Positions 50,430 through 60,813 of a stretch of DNA of 63,843 bases are shown here, one piece after another; position 1 is the first letter of the stretch, and each line of letters opens with the position of its first letter. The notes beneath the pieces were generated by a model. The model was given only the letters and a program-made list of their open reading frames with translations, was not told where the DNA came from and made no database searches. The position numbers were made by a program, and so were the translations under genes. The DNA comes from Candidatus Omnitrophota bacterium (GTDB lineage Bacteria; Omnitrophota; Gorgyraeia; Gygaellales; Profunditerraquicolaceae), in assembly GCA_026416665.1 (NCBI GenBank), contig JAOAET010000017.1, forward strand, positions 1 to 63,843, read 5' to 3'.

Positions 50430-51083
50430 ATGATTTTAACACAAGCAAAACCCTTTGAAGAAATTTTAGATAGCTTAAAAGACAAGACCAAGATTTTCCT
50501 TATTGGTTGTGGTGAATGTGCCACTGCCTGTAAAACCGGTGGAGAGCCAGAGCTCTTACTTCTAAAACAAAAACTTGAAGAGGCTGGAAAAACAGTTATA
50601 GGGTGGTGTATTCCCCAGTCCACTTGTGTTTCTGCTAAACTGAAAAGTGAACTTGCTAAACAAATAATAAATTTGCGGAAAGCAGAGGTAGTGCTTGTTT
50701 TATCTTGTGGCCTTGGGGTGCAGTCAGTTAAAGATAATGACCGTCTGGGGCTGGTGATTTTACCAGCAAATAATACCGTTGCAGCTGTTTTAAGAGATAG
50801 TCAAGGAAGATTTCTTGAGAAGTGTTCTTTCTGTGGGGAATGTCTTTTGGATAAAACAGAGGGGATTTGTCCAATAACACTTTGTCCTAAAGGTTTGCTT
50901 AATGGTCCATGTGGGGGTATGGATAAGGGAAAATGTGAAGTTGATAAAAACCGTGACTGTGCATGGGTTTTGATTTGGAAGGAGGCACAAAACAAAAATA
51001 ATTTAGAGATATTTAAAAGAATTTTGCCTGCACGCGACTATACTAAGTCTATAAAACCTCATTTTGTTCAGGATATTAGGTAG
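50430..51083 (+). CDS. methylenetetrahydrofolate reductase C-terminal domain (MetV-like) Cys-rich protein
   Basis: IGCGECATACKTGG, CSFCGECLL..GICPITLCPKGLLNGPCGG motifs. Confidence 0.65.
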   Translation: MILTQAKPFEEILDSLKDKTKIFLIGCGECATACKTGGEPELLLLKQKLEEAGKTVIGWCIPQSTCVSAKLKSELAKQIINLRKAEVVLVLSCGLGVQSVKDNDRLGLVILPANNTVAAVLRDSQGRFLEKCSFCGECLLDKTEGICPITLCPKGLLNGPCGGMDKGKCEVDKNRDCAWVLIWKEAQNKNNLEIFKRILPARDYTKSIKPHFVQDIR

Positions 51084-51085
51084 AA

Positions 51086-51652
51086 ATGGTGAAAAAATTT
51101 GATGATATAACATTGACAAAACAAAAGATACGTAATAAAATTTTATATAAGCTTAAAATGCAGAAGGAGCTTAAGCGGATAAAAAAGAGTAGACAAATTA
51201 AAGAAAAGCTTTTCCGAAGTCGGTTATTTAAAAACGCAAAGACGGTGATGTTCTATATGTCGTTTGGAGGAGAAGTAGATACTTCTGAAATGATTAGAGA
51301 AGCACACGAAATCGGTAAAACGGTGGTAGTGCCCGTATGTGAAAAGAATAGAAAGATGCATCCTTGTTTATGGAAACAAGGGGCTAATTTATTGCCTGGT
51401 CCCTATGGTATTCCAGAACCAGCGCAAAAAAGACATTTAAGTTTAAAACGCCTGGATTTGGTTATCGTTCCTGGGCTGGCCTTTGATAAAAAAGGCAGGC
51501 GTTTAGGTAGAGGCAAAGGCTACTATGACCGTTTTTTACGTATGCTTCCTGAAAAGACAGCTACTATAGGGTTGGCATTTGATTTTCAAATCCTTTCGAG
51601 AGTTCCTACCACTCCCAACGACGTAGACGTCCACAAAGTTATCTTTGCGTAA
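51086..51652 (+). CDS. 5-formyltetrahydrofolate cyclo-ligase
   Basis: Family pattern ...MFYMSFGGEVDT...VPGLAFDKKGRRLGRGKGYYDRFL... Confidence 0.85.
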   Translation: MVKKFDDITLTKQKIRNKILYKLKMQKELKRIKKSRQIKEKLFRSRLFKNAKTVMFYMSFGGEVDTSEMIREAHEIGKTVVVPVCEKNRKMHPCLWKQGANLLPGPYGIPEPAQKRHLSLKRLDLVIVPGLAFDKKGRRLGRGKGYYDRFLRMLPEKTATIGLAFDFQILSRVPTTPNDVDVHKVIFA

Positions 51653-51752
51653 TTATTCTTTACAGTTGCGCGGGACAAGATTTATGTTTTATCCTCGTTA
51701 ATAGAGGTTTGTTACGGTTTTAGTCTCGCCGTGTGCAAGGAGGTAATATAAA

Positions 51753-53306
51753 ATGGTTACAGCTATATTGTTTCTTATGTTGGCAACAATTAGTTTAATC
51801 TTAGGTTATTACTTACGCAAATATATTGCGGAGAAAAAGACCCAAGATGCTGAAGAACGTGCTCGCTTTATTCTTCAGCAGGCAACACGTGAAGCTGAAG
51901 ACAAAAAACGAGCAGCCGAATTGGAAGCAAAGGATTTAATGTATCGTCTGCGGCAGGAATTTGAGCAACAAACCAAGGACCGGCGCCAAGAAATTCTCAA
52001 TTTAGAAAAACGCCTTGCGCAAAAAGAAGAGAATATTGACCGGCGCATGGACCTTTTAGAGAAAAAAGAAAAAGATGCAGAGTCAAAATTAGAATCGTTA
52101 AAGAGACAAGAAGAGGCATTAAGGCAAAAAGAAATACAGTTACACGCCCTTATTAACGAAGAAAAGGAGCGCCTGCAGAAGATAGCTTCGTTATCTGTAG
52201 AAGAGGCACGGCAGATTTTGCTTAATCGTTTAAATGAAGAGTTAAATAATGAAAAGGCAGTTTTGATTAAACGTCAGGAAGAAGAATTGCGTGCAGTGGC
52301 TGAGAAAAAGGCAGCAGAGATAATTAGCTTAGCTATTCAGCGTTGCGCGGTGGAACATACTGTGGAGTCAACGGTAAGCGTAGTTACTCTTCCTAGTGAT
52401 GAGATGAAAGGAAGGGTTATTGGACGTGAAGGACGTAATATCCGTGCTTTAGAAATGGCTACGGGTGTGGATGTAATTATTGATGATACACCTGAGGCAG
52501 TAACTCTTTCTTGTTTTGACCCAGTTCGTCGTGAGATAGCGCGTTTGAGTTTAGAAAAACTTATTGCCGATGGTAGAATTCACCCTGGACGTATTGAGGA
52601 GGTTGTAGAGAAAACAAAAAAAGAATTAGAAGAGAAAATAAAAGAAGAAGGAGAAAAGGCAGCTTTTGAGGCAGGGGTAGATAATCTTCATCCTGAATTG
52701 ATTAAGCTTCTAGGAAGACTAAAATATCGCACCAGTTTCGGCCAAAATGCTCTTCAGCATTCTAAAGAAGTTTCTTACTTAGTAGGGGTAATGGCCTCAG
52801 AGTTAGGGTTAGATTTTAAATTAGCAAAACGTGTGGGGCTTTTACACGATATTGGTAAGGCCTTAGATCATCAAGTAGAAGGTACACACGCAAAGATTGG
52901 TGCCGATATCCTTAAGAAGTTTAATGAACCTCAAGAGGTTATTCACGCAGTTGAGGCGCATCATGAAGAGACCGAAGCAAAAAGTTTTTATGCAGTGCTT
53001 GCAGTTGCTGCTGACGCAATTAGCGCTGCTCGACCAGGTGCCCGTCGAGAAACCTTAGAGACTTATATTAAGCGTCTTGAAAAATTAGAGTCCATTGCTA
53101 ATCTCTTTAAAGGAGTAGATAAATCCTATGCTATTCAGGCAGGGCGAGAGATTCGCGTTATTGTGCAGCCAGAAAAAATAAGTGATAATGATGCAATTGC
53201 CCTTGCGCGCGATATCCGTAAAAAGATAGAGGAAGGTATGGAGTATCCTGGGCAAATTAAAGTGACAGTTATTCGCGAAACACGGGCAATTGAATACGCA
53301 AAATAA
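51753..53306 (+). CDS. rny: ribonuclease Y
   Basis: N-terminal TM, long coiled coil, KH motif ([15 protein letters not shown]) and HD domain (LLHDIGKA). Confidence 0.93.
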   Translation: MVTAILFLMLATISLILGYYLRKYIAEKKTQDAEERARFILQQATREAEDKKRAAELEAKDLMYRLRQEFEQQTKDRRQEILNLEKRLAQKEENIDRRMDLLEKKEKDAESKLESLKRQEEALRQKEIQLHALINEEKERLQKIASLSVEEARQILLNRLNEELNNEKAVLIKRQEEELRAVAEKKAAEIISLAIQRCAVEHTVESTVSVVTLPSDEMKGRVIGREGRNIRALEMATGVDVIIDDTPEAVTLSCFDPVRREIARLSLEKLIADGRIHPGRIEEVVEKTKKELEEKIKEEGEKAAFEAGVDNLHPELIKLLGRLKYRTSFGQNALQHSKEVSYLVGVMASELGLDFKLAKRVGLLHDIGKALDHQVEGTHAKIGADILKKFNEPQEVIHAVEAHHEETEAKSFYAVLAVAADAISAARPGARRETLETYIKRLEKLESIANLFKGVDKSYAIQAGREIRVIVQPEKISDNDAIALARDIRKKIEEGMEYPGQIKVTVIRETRAIEYAK

Positions 53307-53359
53307 TAATCTAGCTGACACAGCAAAATTGTATCTGGGCAAATTATAAATAGAAAGAT

Positions 53360-54148
53360 ATGAATATCCTTTTTATCGGCGACATTGTAGGAAAACCTGG
53401 CCGAGAAGCAGTTAAGGCATTGGTGCCGCAATTACGTAAACAGTATAATTTGGATTTTGTAATTGCTAATGCTGAGAATCTAGCCGGTGGTTCAGGTATT
53501 ACCCTGCCGCTTGCCCAAGAATTATTTGATGCTTCAGTAGATGTACTTACTTCAGGAGACCATATTTGGAAGAAAAAAGAAATATTTGAATTTATTGCTG
53601 CCCAGACGCGTATTCTGAGACCAATTAACTTTCCATCAGGAGTGCCTGGTTTAGGAAGTAGAGTTTTTATCACACAAACAGGGATAAAAATAGGTGTAAT
53701 TTGTGTTTTAGGTAGAGTTTTCCTTGACCCATTAGAGTGTCCTTTTAAAACCACTATAACAGCTGTGGAGAAGTTGTTAGAGGAAACTAACAACATTATT
53801 GTAGATATTCATGCTGAGGCTACTTCTGAAAAGGTTGCTTTAGGTTGGTATTTGCAGGGAAAGGTTAGCGCAGTGGTGGGTACGCATACCCATATTCAGA
53901 CTGCAGACGAACGTATATTGCCTGCAGGCACAGCCTACATTACAGATGTAGGGATGACTGGTCCGTATGACTCTGTAATTGGCAGGCGCATAGAAGATGT
54001 CTTAGAAAGATTTTTATCTGGGGTGCCGGTGAGATTTGAAGTAGCAGAAGACAACATTAAACTTTGCGCTGTAATTATTCGCATTAATGAGAGAACTGGT
54101 AGGGCAGAAGATATTCAGCGGCTGCAGGTGCCATTTAAACAAAAATGA
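53360..54148 (+). CDS. ymdB: TIGR00282/YmdB family metallophosphoesterase
   Basis: MNILFIGDIVGKPGR...ANAENLAGGSGIT...GDHIW motifs; conserved position after rny. Confidence 0.9.
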   Translation: MNILFIGDIVGKPGREAVKALVPQLRKQYNLDFVIANAENLAGGSGITLPLAQELFDASVDVLTSGDHIWKKKEIFEFIAAQTRILRPINFPSGVPGLGSRVFITQTGIKIGVICVLGRVFLDPLECPFKTTITAVEKLLEETNNIIVDIHAEATSEKVALGWYLQGKVSAVVGTHTHIQTADERILPAGTAYITDVGMTGPYDSVIGRRIEDVLERFLSGVPVRFEVAEDNIKLCAVIIRINERTGRAEDIQRLQVPFKQK

Positions 54149-56076
54149 GAGTCCGAAATTATATCTTATTTATCCTTTTTACTTTTTTATTATCTACCAT
54201 TTGTTCTTTGCTGTGGGCACAGGATGAGATAGAATTTATTTTAGATATCTCTTCCGCTACCATACCCTTGCCAAGAATTTTTTATCCGAATATTGATATA
54301 AGTGGACGCGGATTTAGTGGAGATTTAAGCTGGCCCCAAACCGTAGCAGCTAATGAGGTAATCAATCGTTGGCAAAAAGAGATAGGGTTTGTGGGTGTTT
54401 ATCGTCTGCAATATAATTTGTGGGAAATAGAATCGCTACGTACTAATCGCCAGATGCAAGAAAGACTTATTGCCCACTACGATGGCCTTATTAAAAAAAT
54501 TAATGATGCAGGTGGTTTGGTAATTTTAAATATTTTCAGTACACCTGAGACCCAAGGAAAAGTTTTAGATAGAAAAAGTGCGCCGGGAGATATCCGTGCC
54601 TTTAAAACCTTTATCAAACGCCATATACGCAGGATAAGTTGCACAAAAAAATTAAATGTTTGGTACGAGGTCTGGACTGCTCCAGATTTAGACCTCTTTT
54701 TTTTAGGCAGGGATCAAGAATATCTTCAGATATATCGCGCAGTAGCAGAGAGTGCGCGGGAGTTAGAGAAAGAGACAAAAGTTCACATCCCCGTTGGTGG
54801 TCCAGGGACAAGTTGGTGGTTTCGTTCCAGTGAGGGCAACACCATTGCCACCCCTGAGCGCAGTCTTATTTATAATCTAATTAAATTTTGTTATCGTTAC
54901 CGTTTGCCATTGGATTTTATCAGTTGGCATGCCTATTCTACTGACCCGCGTGTAGACAAAGAAACAACTCCTTACAACAAATCTGCAGTTGCACTTATTC
55001 GTGACTGGCTTTCCTATTTTAATTTTTCTAAAGATACACCGTTAGTAATTAGTGAATGGAATTATGATAATGGTGCAAATATTACTGCTGACCGTAAAGA
55101 GAGGTCCTTTGTAACAGCAAGTTACATTCCTGCCCGTCTAAAAAATATGTTTGAGGCAGATATTAATCAGCAGATATTCTTCTGTTTAGAGGATTTTCAA
55201 GATAATCGTGAGGGTGTGCAACGAAATTTAGGAGCCTTCTGGTTTGAGCAACAGGAAAAAGGCTATACTGGTGGCACAAAAACAATTTATAATGTTTTTC
55301 AACTACTTAAAAAATTAGGGTCATTACTTTATGTGTCCTCTTCAAAGTTAAATGACGAGTTTGTCGGTGTATTGGCGACACGAACCCCTGGTTTAAACGA
55401 TACAGACCAAGAAGCTGAAACCATAGCAATTCTTGTTTATAACTATCTTGACCCTGATATTTTTCGTAGTGCAATCTCTCGGGCTATTGGTTCATTAAGT
55501 GACGGAGAAAGAAAGAAATTCTTGTCAGTAGTACGTTCAGGAGAATTAGTAAAGATAAAAGATAGACAGATTGATATTAATAACTTGAGGGTTTCTTCTA
55601 AAGTAAAGACCCTACTTAAAAAAGCACTGGAATTACACCAGACACAACAACGACTAAGTCAGCAACCAAGACAATTTAAGCTTTCTCTTAAACAGTTAAA
55701 AAGACAAGCTTATAACTATAGCCGATTTGTTATTGATTCAAGTTGCCCTATAAATTGTGAGTTTTATCCGAGAGAGGAAAAAGTTATTGTACCTGTTGAA
55801 GAAAGCTACAGTGAAAAGATTTCTCTTGCACCTTATTCAGTTCATTTGATTTTGCTAACTCCCAGACGGCAAGAGGTAACAGCAAATCCGGAAACAGAAG
55901 CTGTTCAGCCCACCACAACTGATTTAGATAAAACAGAGCAAAAAAAATCTGATGGTAACAAGGACGATAAATCCTCTGATTCAGATACTGTTAGTTCCGC
56001 TTACAAAAGCAATTCAAAGTATACAGTAAAGTCTGATAGGGTAAAGGAGCAAAAGGTAAATACCAGCGCCCCGTAA
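54145..56076 (+). CDS. exported GH39-like (clan GH-A TIM barrel) protein lacking the acid/base Glu, with low-complexity C-terminal tail
   Basis: Signal-like N-terminus. WYEVWTAPD sits where GH39 has W-N-E-P. The nucleophile-like motif LVISEWNYDNG is retained. The tail is Ser/Lys/Asp-rich. Confidence 0.45.
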   Translation: MRVRNYILFILFTFLLSTICSLLWAQDEIEFILDISSATIPLPRIFYPNIDISGRGFSGDLSWPQTVAANEVINRWQKEIGFVGVYRLQYNLWEIESLRTNRQMQERLIAHYDGLIKKINDAGGLVILNIFSTPETQGKVLDRKSAPGDIRAFKTFIKRHIRRISCTKKLNVWYEVWTAPDLDLFFLGRDQEYLQIYRAVAESARELEKETKVHIPVGGPGTSWWFRSSEGNTIATPERSLIYNLIKFCYRYRLPLDFISWHAYSTDPRVDKETTPYNKSAVALIRDWLSYFNFSKDTPLVISEWNYDNGANITADRKERSFVTASYIPARLKNMFEADINQQIFFCLEDFQDNREGVQRNLGAFWFEQQEKGYTGGTKTIYNVFQLLKKLGSLLYVSSSKLNDEFVGVLATRTPGLNDTDQEAETIAILVYNYLDPDIFRSAISRAIGSLSDGERKKFLSVVRSGELVKIKDRQIDINNLRVSSKVKTLLKKALELHQTQQRLSQQPRQFKLSLKQLKRQAYNYSRFVIDSSCPINCEFYPREEKVIVPVEESYSEKISLAPYSVHLILLTPRRQEVTANPETEAVQPTTTDLDKTEQKKSDGNKDDKSSDSDTVSSAYKSNSKYTVKSDRVKEQKVNTSAP

Positions 56077-56081
56077 TTTTT

Positions 56082-57440
56082 ATGTCAAAAAAAGAATTAG
56101 ACTTATTCTTTCTAACTAATATAAATCAACCTCCAGAACATCATATCTACACAGTTTCCCAACTAACCGCTTCCATTAAAGAGATTCTTGAAGCAGGTTT
56201 TAGCAACATTTGGGTAGAAGGAGAGATTTCTAATTTTAATACCTCCAGCGCTGGCCATTGGTATTTCTCGCTTAAAGATAAGGTTGGTGGTCAGGAAGCA
56301 GTGATTGCTTGTGCTATTTTTAATCGGGCAGTTAGTAAGATAAAGTTTAAACTAGAGAATGGCCTTAAGGTTATTTGCTATGGCAGTTTGAATGTTTATC
56401 CGCCACATGGGAAATATAGTTTAGTAGTAGAAAGCATCCAGCCCAAAGGAATAGGTAGTTTACAACTTGCTTTAGAACAACTTAAAAAAAAATTAGAAAA
56501 AGAAGGATTGTTTGCTGTTGAACGCAAAAGGCCTATTCCGTATTTACCATCTTGTATAGGAGTAGTTACTTCTCCGACAGGAGCGGCAATAAGAGATATT
56601 TTGAAGGTACTTGAAAGAAGATTTCGAGATATTCATATTATTCTTGCACCCGCTCGTGTACAGGGAGAAGGCGCAGCAGAACAAATAGCCCAAGCAATTG
56701 AAGAGTGTAACCGCTTCAATGAACTGGTTCCTGCAAATAAACGTATTGAAGTTCTAATTGTGGGAAGAGGAGGAGGCAGTATTGAAGACCTTTGGGCATT
56801 TAATGAGGAGATAGTAGCACGAGCTATTTATCATTCTAAAATTCCAGTTATTTCGGCAGTAGGACATGAACGCGATGTCACAATTGCGGATTTAGTTGCA
56901 GATATGCGCGCAGCCACTCCTTCGGTAGCCGCGGAATTAGTCATTCCTCCTAAAGAAGACCTAAAAGGAAAGATAGCGGATTTAAGAGAGAGAATGCATC
57001 GACAGTTTCAGGATTTAGTGGTTTTGGGTTGGGATAACTTGCAGGATGTTTATCGCCGTTTAAGATTAGCCACTGTTCATATCTGGGAATTAGATGCCCG
57101 AAGGCTTGACTCAGCGGTGAGAAAACTACAACTTCTTAATCCTGCGGTAGTTATCCCTGGACATATCGATAAGATTATGAACATAGCGCGGCGGATGGCG
57201 GTGAGGTTGGCACATATACTAGAGATTAAACAGGCACGTCTGGTTGCATCAATCCAACAGTTAGAAGGGCTTAATCCTTTGAATATATTAAGCCGTGGTT
57301 ACAGTGTTACTTTTTTCGCCAAAGATATGAGTATCCTTAAAGAAGCAAGATTAGTGAAAAAAGGAGATATTCTACGCACCAGATTATATAAAGGCCAGAT
57401 AACCAGTACAGTAACGGAGGTTCATGATGGCAGAGATTAA
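56082..57440 (+). CDS. xseA: exodeoxyribonuclease VII large subunit
   Basis: OB-fold N-terminus (VWVEGEISNF...GHWYFSLKD) and the catalytic region GRGGGSIEDLWAFN. Confidence 0.92.
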   Translation: MSKKELDLFFLTNINQPPEHHIYTVSQLTASIKEILEAGFSNIWVEGEISNFNTSSAGHWYFSLKDKVGGQEAVIACAIFNRAVSKIKFKLENGLKVICYGSLNVYPPHGKYSLVVESIQPKGIGSLQLALEQLKKKLEKEGLFAVERKRPIPYLPSCIGVVTSPTGAAIRDILKVLERRFRDIHIILAPARVQGEGAAEQIAQAIEECNRFNELVPANKRIEVLIVGRGGGSIEDLWAFNEEIVARAIYHSKIPVISAVGHERDVTIADLVADMRAATPSVAAELVIPPKEDLKGKIADLRERMHRQFQDLVVLGWDNLQDVYRRLRLATVHIWELDARRLDSAVRKLQLLNPAVVIPGHIDKIMNIARRMAVRLAHILEIKQARLVASIQQLEGLNPLNILSRGYSVTFFAKDMSILKEARLVKKGDILRTRLYKGQITSTVTEVHDGRD

Positions 57441-57693
57441 GTTTGAAGAGGCACTAAAGAAACTTGAGAAGATAGTAGAAGAATTAGAAAACGGAGAACT
57501 CTCTCTAGATGAGGCCTTAAAGAAATATCAAGAAGGGATAGAATTGTCCCGCATTTGTGCATCGCGGCTTGAGAATGCAAAGAAAAAAATAGATGTATTA
57601 GTAAAAAACAAAAAGGGCGAGTTTGAATTAAAGCCATTTGATGAGGCGAAAATAACTTCCGAAGAGGAAGAAGATGATTCTAGAACAGATTAA
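57424..57693 (+). CDS. xseB: exodeoxyribonuclease VII small subunit
   Basis: FEEALKKLEKIVEELENGELSLDEALKKYQEGIEL. Confidence 0.9.
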   Translation: MMAEIKFEEALKKLEKIVEELENGELSLDEALKKYQEGIELSRICASRLENAKKKIDVLVKNKKGEFELKPFDEAKITSEEEEDDSRTD

Positions 57694-59542
57694 AAGTCCC
57701 AAAGATATAAAACGTTTTTCTATCCCAGAACTAACACAACTTTGTTCAGAGATTCGTCAGAGGATTCTGGCGGTAGTCAGTACCAATGGTGGTCATCTTG
57801 CTTCTAGTTTAGGCGCAGTAGAACTGATAGTTGCTTTGCACTATTGTTTGAATTGTCCAGAAGATAAAATTATTTTTGACGTTGGCCACCAGGCTTATGC
57901 TCATAAGATACTGACAGCAAGAAATAACCGTTTTGATACCTTAAGACAATTTGGAGGCATAAGCGGTTTTCCTTTACGTGAAGAATCAGAGTATGATGTG
58001 GTTTCTTCAGGACACAGTTCTGATGCTGTTTCAATGGCATTAGGTTTTGTTTGTGCACAGTTGTATTTGCCTCAACAACAGAAATTTCGGGTGGTTGCTG
58101 TAATTGGCGACGGTTCTTTAAGCGGTGGTCTATGTTTTGAAGGATTAAATAACGCTGGCCATCTAAAAAATGACCTTTTGGTTATTCTCAATACCAACGA
58201 ATTAAGTATCTCACCAAATGTTGGAGCCTTGAGCACTTATCTTAACAAAATAATCTCTCTTCCTATCTACAACAGATTTCGTCAGTCATTAGAAGAATTT
58301 CTTTCTTCGCGCGTGCGCGGCGGTAAGCGCTTGTTACGTTTAGCAAATAAATTTGAAGAAGGATTAAAGGGTTTGTTTGTGCCAGGGATACTTTTTGAGG
58401 AGTTGGGTTTTCGCTACTTCGGGCCGTTTGACGGGCATAATTTGGCTACACTTATTTCTGCTTTAAAGAATATAATTAATCTTCGTGGACCCCGTATAAT
58501 GCATGTGGTTACTAAAAAAGGAAAAGGTTATCTTCCTGCTGAAGAGAATCCTGTGTGTTTTCATAGCACCCCACCTTTTGATATAGCTACTGGTAAAACT
58601 TTTATTCAACAACAGACTCCAACCACTTATACGCAAATTTTTAGTGAAACCCTTGTTGATTTGGCTAGAAACAATAAGAATATTTTGGCTATTACTGCTG
58701 CAATGCCAGAAGGAACAGGTTTAGATAAATTTGCCAATCACTTTCCTGAAAGATTTTTTGATGTGGGAATTGCTGAACAACATGCCTGTTGTTTTGCCGG
58801 GGCACTTGCCTTAAATGGTTTCCGACCAGTAGTCGCCGTTTATTCTTCTTTTCTTCAGCGAGCATTTGACCAAATTATAGAAAATGTCTGTTTACAAAAA
58901 GCACCTGTTTTATTTGCTATTGATAGAGCAGGTTTGGTGGGAGAAGATGGAGTTACGCATCAAGGAATTTTTGATATTGCTTTCTTAAGGATGATACCTA
59001 ATATAGTAATAATGGCGCCTAAAGATGGCCAAGAACTTAAGCAGATGTTAGAATTTGCACTTACCTTGGATTTACCTTCGGCAATACGCTATCCGAAGGC
59101 AGTAATACCAAAACCAATTAGAGAGCAGTCAGAAACTTTAGAATTAGGCAGGCCAGAAGTACTAATAGAAGGTTCGGATGTGGCACTTTTTGCTTTAGGT
59201 AGTATGGTAGAGGTTTCCCTGAGAGTCTTTGAGTTATTGCGCAAAGACGGTATTTCTACAATGGTAGTAAACAGCCGTTTTGTTAAACCTTTAGATGCTG
59301 AATTTTTTAATAAAATTGCAGAATCCGTCAAGTTAGTGGTAACTATAGAAGAGGGCGTAGTTGATGGTGGTTTTGGCAGTGCATTAAGTGAATTAATTAA
59401 TCGCCCTCTGTTACGGTTTGGTCTTCCTAATCAATTTATTACTCATGGCAAGCGTAATGTGCTTTTAGAATGTTATGGATTAAGTGCGGGAAGTATTGCT
59501 TCTGCGATAAAAAGAAGGCTTTATGGCAAAGATGCGTATTAA
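57674..59542 (+). CDS. dxs: 1-deoxy-D-xylulose-5-phosphate synthase
   Basis: GGHLASSLGAVEL, GDGSLSGG (TPP motif), DVGIAEQHA. Confidence 0.95.
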   Translation: MILEQIKSPKDIKRFSIPELTQLCSEIRQRILAVVSTNGGHLASSLGAVELIVALHYCLNCPEDKIIFDVGHQAYAHKILTARNNRFDTLRQFGGISGFPLREESEYDVVSSGHSSDAVSMALGFVCAQLYLPQQQKFRVVAVIGDGSLSGGLCFEGLNNAGHLKNDLLVILNTNELSISPNVGALSTYLNKIISLPIYNRFRQSLEEFLSSRVRGGKRLLRLANKFEEGLKGLFVPGILFEELGFRYFGPFDGHNLATLISALKNIINLRGPRIMHVVTKKGKGYLPAEENPVCFHSTPPFDIATGKTFIQQQTPTTYTQIFSETLVDLARNNKNILAITAAMPEGTGLDKFANHFPERFFDVGIAEQHACCFAGALALNGFRPVVAVYSSFLQRAFDQIIENVCLQKAPVLFAIDRAGLVGEDGVTHQGIFDIAFLRMIPNIVIMAPKDGQELKQMLEFALTLDLPSAIRYPKAVIPKPIREQSETLELGRPEVLIEGSDVALFALGSMVEVSLRVFELLRKDGISTMVVNSRFVKPLDAEFFNKIAESVKLVVTIEEGVVDGGFGSALSELINRPLLRFGLPNQFITHGKRNVLLECYGLSAGSIASAIKRRLYGKDAY

Positions 59543-59729
59543 CCAACAGAAATGTAAAGGATGTTTGTTGTGTATTAATGTATGCCCTCAAAAACTTATT
59601 GAGAAAGATGATAAAATAAATAACAAAGGGTATACGCCTGTAAAAAGTATATATACAAAACAAAACTGTAGTGGGTGTTGTTTGTGTGCAATTATTTGTC
59701 CTGAGTGTTGTATTGAAATAGAGCGTTAA
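59523..59729 (+). CDS. 2-oxoacid:ferredoxin oxidoreductase delta subunit (2x[4Fe-4S] ferredoxin)
   Basis: CKGCLLCINVCP and CSGCCLCAIICP cluster motifs; 68 aa; precedes the alpha/beta/gamma subunits. Confidence 0.8.
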   Translation: MAKMRINQQKCKGCLLCINVCPQKLIEKDDKINNKGYTPVKSIYTKQNCSGCCLCAIICPECCIEIER

Positions 59730-59733
59730 AAAG

Positions 59734-60813
59734 ATGAAAAGTAATAATAAAGAAAACTGTTTCAGAAAAGTTTTAATGACAGGAAATGACGCCATTGCCG
59801 AAGGTGCTTTGCGGGCAGGTTGTCGTTTCTATGCTGGTTATCCAATTACCCCCCAGAACGAATTAACTTCTTATATGGCAATACATATGCCAGAATACCA
59901 AGGGGTCTTTATTCAGGCAGAGTCAGAGTTAGCAGCGATTAACATGGTTTTTGGTGCAAGTGCTGCGGGATTTCGAGCAATGACTTCTTCTTCAAGTCCT
60001 GGGATTAGTTTAAAACAGGAAGGAATTTCATATTTAGCAGGATGTGAATTACCAGCAGTAATTGTAAATATTATGCGTGGAGGTCCAGGTCTTGGTAATA
60101 TTGCACCTGCACAATCAGACTATTTTCAAGCCACTAAAGGTGGCGGTCACGGAGATTATCACAGTATAGTTTTTGCTCCTTCTTCGGTCCAAGAGGCATA
60201 CAACTTAATGTTTGCTGCTTTTTATTTGGCAGATAAATTTCGCACACCTGTTATGATACTGGGAGATGGTATGCTGGGACAGATGATGGAACCAGTAGTT
60301 CTTCATTCAGCGCCTTTAGAATTTTCTGAAAATATAGACAAACCTTGGGCTTTAACAGGCTGTAAAGATAGAAATCCTAATGTTATTCGTTCGCTTTACC
60401 TAAAAGAAGGAGCATTAGAGGCACTCAATGAACGTTTACAGAAACGTTATCAAATGATTGAAAAAACCCAGCAACGTTTTGAAGAGGATTTTGTAAATGA
60501 TGCGCAAGTTATAGTGGTAAGTTATGGCGCAATGGCAAGAATTGTTAAAAGTGTGGTTAAAAAGTTACGTCAAAGAAAACTTAAAGTTGGTTATATCCGT
60601 CCCATTACCCTTTGGCCATTTCCCGTCAAGGCATTTAATCGCAAAAAGACAACAGTTAAATATTTAGTAGTAGAGATGTCTTATGGCCAAATGGTTGAAG
60701 ATGTATGTTTATCCGTACCAGATAAAAAGAAAGTATATTTTTTAGGTAGAGCAGGTGGTGCTATACCTGATACGGGTCAGATTACGAGAAAAATTTACAA
60801 GCTATTAAGATGA
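59734..60813 (+). CDS. 2-oxoacid:ferredoxin oxidoreductase alpha subunit
   Basis: GNDAIAEGALRAGCRFYAGYPITPQNE motif. Substrate specificity is not determinable by eye. Confidence 0.85.
   Translation: MKSNNKENCFRKVLMTGNDAIAEGALRAGCRFYAGYPITPQNELTSYMAIHMPEYQGVFIQAESELAAINMVFGASAAGFRAMTSSSSPGISLKQEGISYLAGCELPAVIVNIMRGGPGLGNIAPAQSDYFQATKGGGHGDYHSIVFAPSSVQEAYNLMFAAFYLADKFRTPVMILGDGMLGQMMEPVVLHSAPLEFSENIDKPWALTGCKDRNPNVIRSLYLKEGALEALNERLQKRYQMIEKTQQRFEEDFVNDAQVIVVSYGAMARIVKSVVKKLRQRKLKVGYIRPITLWPFPVKAFNRKKTTVKYLVVEMSYGQMVEDVCLSVPDKKKVYFLGRAGGAIPDTGQITRKIYKLLR

Noticed and set aside
50297-50623. 108-aa minus-strand ORF overlapping the MetV-like start. The nearby ORFs 50790..50990 and 50801..50995 were checked too.
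   Set aside because: They are antisense to a motif-supported gene and its promoter, and have no RBS or recognisable domain.
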